From Phycisphaerae bacterium (lineage in GTDB: Bacteria > Planctomycetota > Phycisphaerae > UBA1845), in assembly GCA_963666835.2 (NCBI GenBank), contig CAXXGO010000006.1, positions 1,760,001 to 1,824,000 on the forward strand: 64,000 nucleotides of DNA, written 5' to 3'. The notes beneath the pieces were generated by a model that had not been told where the DNA came from, ran no database searches, and worked only from the letters and a program-made list of their open reading frames with translations. Shown here one piece after another: positions 39,987-48,208 of this stretch (position 1 is the first letter of the stretch; each line of letters opens with the position of its first letter). Both the position numbers and the translations under genes were made by a program.

Positions 39987-40531
39987 TTCGAAGCTCCTTT
40001 CGCTTTTCGTCCGGAGCTTGATGCTTGGGCTTTTTTCGTCGGTCTCTTCGCCTTCGCTTTGTATTCAGGAAGGACTTTCGCTTCTTCCGGCAGGACGTAG
40101 GCTCCCAAAAGCAGATGGTCAATCACCTTCATCGCTGCGATGGTCTGCTTTTCTGTCGGAGCCTTCATTTCGTGAGCCGCCTCGTTTCCGAGCAGGCGGA
40201 TTCCGTGGAGAATCTTCGCTCCGGAAGCAGTGAGCAGACTCTGCGTGACGAGATTGTCAATCTGCTCAAAGAGCGACTTGCCGGGCGTCTTTCGTTCTTT
40301 GCAGATAGCTTCGACAATCGCACGTACGCCGATACCAGCAAGCGTGAACAGCCGTTTCTGAATGGAAGCGATTGTCTCTCGATAAATCGCCTGCACGATA
40401 GCCGGTATGCTCCGCACATCGTCACCGAGGTAGAGGCCATCAACACGCACCTCGTCCGGCGGATAGCACTCAATCGACGTGGGAATGTACGGTTCACCGA
40501 AGTTGCTGGCCATCATTCTCCCCGGATTCAC
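39983..40531 (-). CDS. DUF4145 (HEPN-like) protein, probably 5'-truncated
   Basis: GVRAIVEAIC, IRLLGNEAAH motif. Confidence 0.8.
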   Translation of the reverse strand: MNPGRMMASNFGEPYIPTSIECYPPDEVRVDGLYLGDDVRSIPAIVQAIYRETIASIQKRLFTLAGIGVRAIVEAICKERKTPGKSLFEQIDNLVTQSLLTASGAKILHGIRLLGNEAAHEMKAPTEKQTIAAMKVIDHLLLGAYVLPEEAKVLPEYKAKAKRPTKKAQASSSGRKAKGASK

Positions 40532-40700
40532 CTATTGACCACGGCCTGCGTGGTTGATTGGCAAGGGCTGCCGGCTCCTAAGCTTCGTATCACCGCCTCC
40601 GCATAGCCCACGCGTCCCAAGACTGGACACAATTGTGCAACCTGGACGTGAGAATGTCCAATGCCCCGGTTAGGAGCGTCGGATCGCCGTCAATCCGGGC

Positions 40701-40850
40701 GTACCACCTGCAAACCACACTAACGCCAAGCGGCCTGGCCGATGCTTGGCGACAGCGGGCTGAGGTTCTGAACGCCCAGTACGAGCACATCGGTGAGCAA
40801 GCGAGAAAGTCCGCCCACTTGCACGGCGACGAAACGGGCTGACGGATCAA
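40701..40850 (+). pseudogene. IS66-family transposase fragment
   Basis: YEHIGEQARKSAHLHGDETG*RIN matches the IS66 LHADETGW motif with W replaced by a stop. Confidence 0.75.
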
Positions 40851-41320
40851 CCCGACAAAGACCATCGTGGGCACACTACGAACATACGTAGTCGCCGGCC
40901 AATTCACACCACTTCCCGACGCCGCCGTTGCATACGGCTAACGTGTTGCGGAACATCAACGCCACTGACCGGTTCTGGGACACCCGGCTCGCAATGGCCA
41001 TGACGCAGCCGTCACGTTCATATGATTGGGAGCCTGACCGTTGGTTATATCCGACACGCTGGTGGGCCGCTGCCCGGGCCGGAATAGATCCGCGAGTAGG
41101 GAAAGTCGTATTCACGTCTTCGGAGGCCGATCTTCGAACCCAGAATGTGCGATACAACGGTGCGGAGATCTAGTCGGGCAATCTGCCCACAGACGAAGAC
41201 CCCTGTCAGCAACAGGTCTTTGAATCGTATAATCAAGCGAAGAACCAAACCGTTGTCGTAGCGTGCCGGATTGGTTATATTTGACCTGGAAGACCACAGC
41301 TCGTGCGGAGGATGGAACGT

Positions 41321-42646
41321 ATGCGCAAAATCGATGCCCGTTTTGACATCATAACCAGCATGTTCCTCGGTGGGCCCGAACCTAATAACGTCCACAAACC
41401 GCACGAGCAAGTACCGAATGGCGTCCGCGGTCGAGTTGCCATCCGGCCCCCGTCGGTCAAGGGGGCGTTGCGGTTTTGGTGGCGAGCACTCCGTTGGAAG
41501 ACGTGGATTAAGGCCGCTGGCAACGACGAAGCCGAGGCGCTCACGCGTTTGGCGGAGGAAGAAGGCCGGGTCCTCGGCGCCGCGTACGATTCCTCCTCCA
41601 ACGCGGGCCAGGCAGCCGCTCAGATCATGGTTACGTCCAAGTGTAAGCCAATCAATGGGGGGGAACTGGGCAAGCGGATCAGTAGCGGACATGGTTACTT
41701 GTTGGGGCAAGGTCTCGCCAGACCTCCGAAGCAAGGTGTTACTGTCTGCACACGCGGAGCGATCGACGGTGCCTTCACGTTGCGTATTCTCCTTCACCGG
41801 AGTCTTGATGATTCCCAGGTTACTACCCTTCGGAATGCCGTACTCCTGCTTGGGCTGCTGGGTGGTCTCGGCGCCAGAGCGCGAAGAGGGTTCGGCTCGC
41901 TCGCGATTCAATCGTTGAGAGATGCTGACGGAGCAGCCGTCCCACTTCCTGAGAATCCGGCGGAGTATGCAGAGACGCTGAGGGGCTTGCTTCATGAGTT
42001 GCCCTCGGATGAGCCACCTTTTAGCGCATTCTCGCGTTACACTCGCGTGGACATCTCCGCAACGCATAAGAACGCTTGGTTCCTTCTCAACCATATCGGG
42101 GAGGCACAGATTGAATTTCGTAGCAACGGAAGGCGGACCGGGAAAGAAAGGCAGAATGCACTCAGGCAACGGGTAGCCCAGATGCCATTCAAAGGGGACC
42201 ACGACTCGATGCTCTCCCTCCTTCCTAGTCTCTCTCCTGGGCAGGGGCCGCCCCTGACGCATCCCCGGCGGGTCATCTTCGGGCTTCCGCACAATTATTT
42301 CTTCGGCAGCGTGAATCGGAAAGAAAGCTGGCGGGGACGGAAGGAGGCGAGGCGCCGCGCCACCGTACAGATCAGCCCTGTCAATGACAAGGACTTTGGA
42401 CGTCGGGCGTCCCCGTTGTTGATTCACATACACAGGTTTCCCACCGGTGACGCCGTCGCGGTGCAGACGGTGATGAGGGCTAGGTTCTTGCCCCCCGACG
42501 AGGGAATCAGAATCGCGGCCGGTGTCAACTCTAAGGATTTCCCTGTCGCGTGCGTACCGGCATGGGATGTCCTCGATGACTACTTGGACGGGTTCGGCTC
42601 ACGGACCACCGTTCTGCCTCTTGTGGAAGGTGGCGAAAATGGATGA
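41321..42646 (+). CDS. cmr1: Type III-B RAMP Cmr1
   Basis: IRPPSVKGALRFWWRA, LGGLGARARRGFGS, FGLPH, RRASPL. Confidence 0.93.
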   Translation: MRKIDARFDIITSMFLGGPEPNNVHKPHEQVPNGVRGRVAIRPPSVKGALRFWWRALRWKTWIKAAGNDEAEALTRLAEEEGRVLGAAYDSSSNAGQAAAQIMVTSKCKPINGGELGKRISSGHGYLLGQGLARPPKQGVTVCTRGAIDGAFTLRILLHRSLDDSQVTTLRNAVLLLGLLGGLGARARRGFGSLAIQSLRDADGAAVPLPENPAEYAETLRGLLHELPSDEPPFSAFSRYTRVDISATHKNAWFLLNHIGEAQIEFRSNGRRTGKERQNALRQRVAQMPFKGDHDSMLSLLPSLSPGQGPPLTHPRRVIFGLPHNYFFGSVNRKESWRGRKEARRRATVQISPVNDKDFGRRASPLLIHIHRFPTGDAVAVQTVMRARFLPPDEGIRIAAGVNSKDFPVACVPAWDVLDDYLDGFGSRTTVLPLVEGGENG

Positions 42647-44681
42647 GATGTACTTCCATTTCACAATCGGCCCGGTCCAGGGTTTTGTCGCCCAAGCGCG
42701 GCGGACGCGGGATTTCTGGGCTGGGTCCTTCTTGCTTTCCTGGCTCGCCGGTGTCGCGATGAACGCCGTGTTGAAGCAGTGCTCGGGGAACAAGACCGGG
42801 ATTGTCTTTCCGAGGCCGAGCAAGGAGTTGCTTGATTGGTGGAAAGGCCGGAAGAGCGATGGGCCTCGCCAGGGGACTATTCCCAATCGCTTTCTGGCGC
42901 GCGTCGACGGCGAGGCGTTCAATCCTCAGACCGTTGTCGACAGCGTTATCTTAGCTTGGCGCGGTTTGGCCGCGGCGGTCTGGGATGCGGATCTTGAGGG
43001 AAAGCCAGGGATCTGCTCAGAGCAACGCGTCATCTGGAACCGCCAGATCAACGGTTTCTGGGAGATCTCTTGGGCATTGACCAAAACGAAAAGCCAAGGC
43101 GACGCGCGCGCACTCGACCAGCGCAAGAATTGGAGGACACGTTACCCCACACCGGAGCCGGGAGTTAGCTGCATGGTGATTGATGGCTTTCAGGAGTTGT
43201 CCGGGGAAAGCAAGCCAGGTGCGAATGTGACAAACTTCTGGGAGCAGCAACGCAAGAGGTTACCAACCGACCTTCGCGAAGGAGAGTGCCTCTGTGCTAT
43301 TGCGTTCGTGAAACGGCGGTTCGTTCGGTGTTTTCATGGCCTCAAGATCGACATGCCCGGCAACTGGACTTTGACCGGATGGCGGGGCCTAACTACAAAC
43401 GTACCCTCGAACACGTTCATGGCCGCAACCCCTTGGCTCGCACGTGTTGTGCGTGCCGCGGCGGACGAACCGGCGCGCAGCGCAGAGGGGAAACAGCTTT
43501 CAGACTTCTACGGTACCGCCAAGGCCCTGGCCGACCACGGTGAACGGGCCACGAAGATCAAGCGGATCGAAGAGGCCGTTGGTGAAGCCCAACGAGCGTA
43601 TCCGGCCCACAAAGAGGAAATCGCGAGATTAGTTCAACTCGACGGATCGGTCTTCTTCGACAACTTGCTTGACAATGGTCGCCTGTTCCAGAAACACACG
43701 GAAGAACACGCTGCGATTGTCAGAGAGAAGCTCAAGAAACTGAAGGAGATCGCAGGAGGTGGTCCGGTGCCATTCTATGCTGTCCTGGCCATGGACGGCG
43801 ATAGTCTCGGCGCGAAGATGAGCAAGGAGGAGAACCAAGAGGGAATCGCCTCCGCGCTGAACGAGTTCACCCAAGCCGTAGCCGAGAAGCTCGTCACCGA
43901 GCATCACGGTTTTCTCATCTATGCTGGCGGCGACGATGTGTTGGCAGTGTTCGCCGCTGAGGACGCGCTTGCGGGCGCAGTTGCGATCCGGGAGGAGTAC
44001 CGGAGGTGCTTCAAGAAGCAGGCCGAGCCGGAGGTCCGCAAGTCCACTATCTCGGCGGCCGTGCATTATGTTGACATCCAGCGCCCGCTGACGCGTGTGC
44101 TCGGTGAGACTCACGATCTCCTCGAGAAGGTCGCGAAAGACCAGACCGGGCGAGATTCGCTGGCCGTTCGCCTGACCAGGCCCGGCGGCGTCTCTTTCGA
44201 GTGGTCCATGCCGTGGGAGATCGCACTGACACCAGAGAAGGACGACCAAGGTCGACCGGTTGAGAGATGCCTTGAGGTGGAGAGGTTGGCTGGAACGCTC
44301 AGACCAGATATGCACCCGGCATCCGACGGCGGTCGCGACAACGAAGAGGGCGGGCGTTTCAGCCATGGGTTCTTCTACAAGATCAGAAATCACATCGCAC
44401 TGCTCAATGGCGGAAACGGCGCAGTGCTGGGTGAGAAGGAAGCTAAGGCGATCCTCGCCACGGACTATCTGAACTCTGGCGTGCATGCACCTGGACGAAG
44501 CCTGACATTCGATGATGCTGTGGCGGCCATTGGACCCCTTTTTCAACAATGCCGCCGCATCACCCGGGATCCGGTCTCGGGCGAGATAGCCACGTTAGCC
44601 AAGGACGAGCTTGGCGAGGTGACCGACGATGCCGCCATGCTGGTTCGCTTTCTCGCGACTACTGTCTATGGAGGGGAGTAA
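42639..44681 (+). CDS. cmr2: Cas10/Cmr2 lacking the HD domain, cyclase motif intact
   Basis: Starts directly at FTIGPVQGFVAQARRTRDFWAGS; MDGDSLG; IYAGGDDVLA. Confidence 0.95.
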   Translation: MDEMYFHFTIGPVQGFVAQARRTRDFWAGSFLLSWLAGVAMNAVLKQCSGNKTGIVFPRPSKELLDWWKGRKSDGPRQGTIPNRFLARVDGEAFNPQTVVDSVILAWRGLAAAVWDADLEGKPGICSEQRVIWNRQINGFWEISWALTKTKSQGDARALDQRKNWRTRYPTPEPGVSCMVIDGFQELSGESKPGANVTNFWEQQRKRLPTDLREGECLCAIAFVKRRFVRCFHGLKIDMPGNWTLTGWRGLTTNVPSNTFMAATPWLARVVRAAADEPARSAEGKQLSDFYGTAKALADHGERATKIKRIEEAVGEAQRAYPAHKEEIARLVQLDGSVFFDNLLDNGRLFQKHTEEHAAIVREKLKKLKEIAGGGPVPFYAVLAMDGDSLGAKMSKEENQEGIASALNEFTQAVAEKLVTEHHGFLIYAGGDDVLAVFAAEDALAGAVAIREEYRRCFKKQAEPEVRKSTISAAVHYVDIQRPLTRVLGETHDLLEKVAKDQTGRDSLAVRLTRPGGVSFEWSMPWEIALTPEKDDQGRPVERCLEVERLAGTLRPDMHPASDGGRDNEEGGRFSHGFFYKIRNHIALLNGGNGAVLGEKEAKAILATDYLNSGVHAPGRSLTFDDAVAAIGPLFQQCRRITRDPVSGEIATLAKDELGEVTDDAAMLVRFLATTVYGGE

Positions 44682-45895
44682 TGACCGATAGCCCCACTCG
44701 CACGTGGCGTTTTGAGCAGGTGGACAGCTGGTTCTTCCGCGAAGCCCGCCCCTACGGGACCATTGGCGGAGTCGAACTCTCGAGTGTGTTCCCGCCACCG
44801 GCACGTACGGTGGCCGGCGCGATTCGGACGATGATCGGGGAGCACCGCGGAGTTGACTGGAAGGAGTTCGCCAAAGAGGGGGATCTTAAGTGGTCGCCTT
44901 TACGGGAACAGATTGGGACGGGACGCGGCGACCAGGAGTTTGGTGCGTTTCGCATGAAGGGTCCGTACTTGGAGTATAAGCGTAGGCGGCTCTTCCCGGC
45001 ACCTTCGCTGCTCCTCGCCGGGCGCAAGGCGAAACAACGCACGCTGACACGACTGCGCCCGGGCGAGGCGTGCGTGTGCGACCTCTCGCAGAATGACAAT
45101 GCCGGAGACCAGTTGCCAGTGCGGCTGCCAACTATGACAGATCCCTTGCCGGGGGCCGAACCGCTGTCTGACTGGCTAACACCGGAAGGCTTCGCGGATG
45201 TGCTGTCAGGCAACCTGCCAGCCTGGGCGGACTGCGTACCGCCCGCCGAGTTGTTCGCGGAGGAACCGCGACTCGGGATCGCTCGCGAGTGCAAACAGCG
45301 CACCACTGTCAAGGGGCTCCTCTACCAAACACGCCACGTACGGCTTAACCCTGACGTCAACGTCCGCGCGGACATTTCGGGTATTGCCGACAGCTTCACG
45401 CCTCCGGCAGGCGCCGTCCGTTTGGGCGGGGATGGCCGCTTCTCCCACGTTACAATAGAAGGTGGTAACAGCGAGCATATTGCTCCGCCGGTTCCTTCCG
45501 ACCCCAACGGCAGACAGTTACTGCTCATCCTTACAACCTGTGCCGACTTCGGCGAAACCGGCTGGCTGCCGAGCGGCTTCGCGCCGCACGCCATTGAGCG
45601 CGGCACCGTGAAAATACGTTGCTGGAAGGGTACGATCGCGAATGTCCCGCTTATTATTGAATGCGCATGCATCGGCAAGACTGTCCGTGAGGGAGGCTGG
45701 GATGCTGCACTTAGGCAACCTCGGGAGGTTCGGTCCTTGGTCCCGGCCGGAAGCGTCTACTTCTGCCGCCTCGACGACGGTGCACCGCAAATCGCAGACG
45801 CAATGAAGGCACTCCACGGTGCTACGGTGGAGGGGCAGGGGACCGAGATCGGCTACGGCGAACTAGCCGTCGGCCTGTGGAACGAAGCTTGTTGA
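44681..45895 (+). CDS. cmr3: Cmr3
   Basis: DSWFFREARP, SVFPPP, LGGDGR, GGWD, VPAGSVY, GYG. Confidence 0.93.
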   Translation: MTDSPTRTWRFEQVDSWFFREARPYGTIGGVELSSVFPPPARTVAGAIRTMIGEHRGVDWKEFAKEGDLKWSPLREQIGTGRGDQEFGAFRMKGPYLEYKRRRLFPAPSLLLAGRKAKQRTLTRLRPGEACVCDLSQNDNAGDQLPVRLPTMTDPLPGAEPLSDWLTPEGFADVLSGNLPAWADCVPPAELFAEEPRLGIARECKQRTTVKGLLYQTRHVRLNPDVNVRADISGIADSFTPPAGAVRLGGDGRFSHVTIEGGNSEHIAPPVPSDPNGRQLLLILTTCADFGETGWLPSGFAPHAIERGTVKIRCWKGTIANVPLIIECACIGKTVREGGWDAALRQPREVRSLVPAGSVYFCRLDDGAPQIADAMKALHGATVEGQGTEIGYGELAVGLWNEAC

Positions 45896-45909
45896 TCAGG
45901 AGGTCAGAT

Positions 45910-46863
45910 ATGAGACAGGCCAATGCAATGCTCGGCCTACTTACGCACACTTCTATGCACGCGGGAACCGGGCAGGCAACCGGTGTGATCGACCTGCCCG
46001 TCCAGCGAGAGGGGCATACGGGATGGCCGTGCGTGTTCGGTTCAGCCGTGAAGGGCGCTTTGCGAACCCGGGCAGTCGACCGCCACGGAAGCGCCGGCTG
46101 GATCTACGACGTCTTCGGACCACCTCCTCCCAGGGACAACACCGCCGCATTCCCTCAACCGGGAGACTACGGTGGGGCGCTTGCGGTCGGCGACGCAAAG
46201 CTGCTGCTGCTGCCGATTCGTTCCCTGAGCACCCACTTCAAGTGGGTCACCTGTCCGGCACTCCTCGGCAGGTGGCAACGCGATATAGAACGAAATCGTC
46301 TGAGTGGCAAGTTCGGCGGCAACTGGGATGTGCCCGATGTCGCTGACGACAGAGCATACGTGGCTACCTCTCCGCCTGACCGTAAGCTGTTTCTTGAGGA
46401 GTTTCGTTTCGACGCAGAGGTTCCAGAAAGCAAGCTCGCAGGCGTAATTGCGTCCCTGACAACACTCATAGACGGAAAGCCGGATCAGGGGCAGCCGGGT
46501 CCAACCCGCAAGGCGCTGGAGAAGCAGCTCGCGATCATCAGCGATGACCGTTTCAGCACCCTCTGCCGTTTCGCAGCGCCGGTCGATCCGCACGTCCAAC
46601 TTTACGACAAGAAGACGGTAGCGCAGGGGCCCTGGTACGAGGAGACGCTCCCGCCCGATACGCTGCTCTACGTCGAGTTATTGGGGCATCCGTCACGCAA
46701 GGACCCCGCATCGATGAGTGCGTCGGACATCATGGACCATGCCACAACCAGTCTCTTTGACGACCATGACTCGTACCTGCAACTTGGCGGCAACGAGACG
46801 GTAGGCATGGGCTGGTGTGGCGTCGCGGTGCACAAGGCGAGCGCCCAGCCAACCAGTAAGTAA
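45910..46863 (+). CDS. cmr4: Cmr4 with catalytic Asp retained
   Basis: HAGTG...IDLPVQRE, WYEETLP, QLGGNETVGMG. Confidence 0.96.
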   Translation: MRQANAMLGLLTHTSMHAGTGQATGVIDLPVQREGHTGWPCVFGSAVKGALRTRAVDRHGSAGWIYDVFGPPPPRDNTAAFPQPGDYGGALAVGDAKLLLLPIRSLSTHFKWVTCPALLGRWQRDIERNRLSGKFGGNWDVPDVADDRAYVATSPPDRKLFLEEFRFDAEVPESKLAGVIASLTTLIDGKPDQGQPGPTRKALEKQLAIISDDRFSTLCRFAAPVDPHVQLYDKKTVAQGPWYEETLPPDTLLYVELLGHPSRKDPASMSASDIMDHATTSLFDDHDSYLQLGGNETVGMGWCGVAVHKASAQPTSK

Positions 46864-46887
46864 CGCACAACCAACGGGAGATCGGTC

Positions 46888-47331
46888 ATGCAAACCATTC
46901 AGCAGGAGCGGGCGGGGCACGCACTCAAGGGAGTCAATGATGGCCTTGAGGGGCTGAGTGAAAAGGAGAAACGTGAATACCGAGCCGCCGCCCGTGGGCT
47001 CGGTCCCATGGTGCTGTCGAACGGGCTCGGCCAGGCCGCCGCCTTCTATTGCAGCCGAGCGGACAAGACGCACGTCAAGCTCTACGCTCTCCTCTCCGAA
47101 TGGCTGACGGAATCGCAGATGCCGTACCGCGAGAAGCCGAACCTGCTCGAAGGCATCACCGAGGGGAATATGGACCAATACCTGACCGCTCAAGCCGAGG
47201 CGCTTTTGTACCTGCACTGGGTCAGCATGTTTGCAACCGCGCTGATCCGGACGGAATCGAATCCCGGCCGTGCTGCGGGAGACTCAGACGAATCCCCCGC
47301 GCCGGACGCAGAGGAAGGCAAGGTCGAATAA
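46888..47331 (+). CDS. cmr5: Cmr5 (Cas11)
   Basis: QERAGHA, MVLSNGLGQAAAF; operon position. Confidence 0.92.
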   Translation: MQTIQQERAGHALKGVNDGLEGLSEKEKREYRAAARGLGPMVLSNGLGQAAAFYCSRADKTHVKLYALLSEWLTESQMPYREKPNLLEGITEGNMDQYLTAQAEALLYLHWVSMFATALIRTESNPGRAAGDSDESPAPDAEEGKVE

Positions 47332-48164
47332 TGGCAACGCTCCCCCTCTACAAGAACCACAACAGCCCTCCTCGGCTGGATCGCAACCAGAAGCCTCACT
47401 GCGGCCTCTGGTGGGAGAGATTCTGCACTCTGTACCGGTGCGTGGGCGGGAAGTGGATCGCAGCCGAAGCGCAGAATGACAGAGAAAGCTCACCGAAGCT
47501 TGATTGGATCAACGAATTCGCAAGGGACGCTTGTGGCGACCCTGCGATGCTCGCTCTCGCCGAAAGCCGCATGAGGAACCTGTGCACTACCCTACGCGGC
47601 AGCACGCGGACCTTTGCCACCGACTGGCACTTTGTCACTGGCCTCGGCATCGACCACGCCGTCGAAAACGGCTTCGGCTGGCACCCCACGTTGGGTGTGC
47701 CCTATCTGCCGGGTTGCGCCGTGAAGGGCATGCTCCGTGCGTGGTTAACCCACTGGGACGAGGAGGATAAGAGCAAGCTCGACCGGTGGCTCGGCACCTC
47801 CAAAGAGGCAGGCAAGTTCGTTTTCTTCGATGCCCTCCCCCCGAAGCCGGTGAAGCTCACCGCCGATGTGATGACGCCGCACATGGGCAATTGGTACAGC
47901 GAAGGCGCGTCAATCAGCGCTGTCAGCCATGAAGAGTGCAAGAAGATCCCGGGGGATTGGCACAACCCGGTCCCGGTTCCGTTTCTGGCTGTCCAAGCCG
48001 GCCAGCAGTTCGTGTTCGCCGTCGCACCGAAAAGAAGCGGCGACAGCGCAGAGAGTGACCGGAAGGAAGTGGCCGAAGTACTTGATCAGATTGAGCAGGC
48101 TTTGACGTGGATCGGCGCCGGCGCCAAGACCGCAGTCGGATATGGTCGTTTCGAGCGAGTTTAG
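47331..48164 (+). CDS. cmr6: Cmr6
   Basis: ENGFGWHPTLGVPYLPG, DVMTPH, PVPVPFL, GAGAKTAVGYG. Confidence 0.95.
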   Translation: MATLPLYKNHNSPPRLDRNQKPHCGLWWERFCTLYRCVGGKWIAAEAQNDRESSPKLDWINEFARDACGDPAMLALAESRMRNLCTTLRGSTRTFATDWHFVTGLGIDHAVENGFGWHPTLGVPYLPGCAVKGMLRAWLTHWDEEDKSKLDRWLGTSKEAGKFVFFDALPPKPVKLTADVMTPHMGNWYSEGASISAVSHEECKKIPGDWHNPVPVPFLAVQAGQQFVFAVAPKRSGDSAESDRKEVAEVLDQIEQALTWIGAGAKTAVGYGRFERV

Positions 48165-48208
48165 ACGGCGGACGAACACCTGAGTACTACTTTCGCATCC
48201 GAGATGAC

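Noticed and set aside
40860..41180. Short ORFs between the IS66 scar and cmr1
   Set aside because: No RBS or recognisable motif; probably gene debris.
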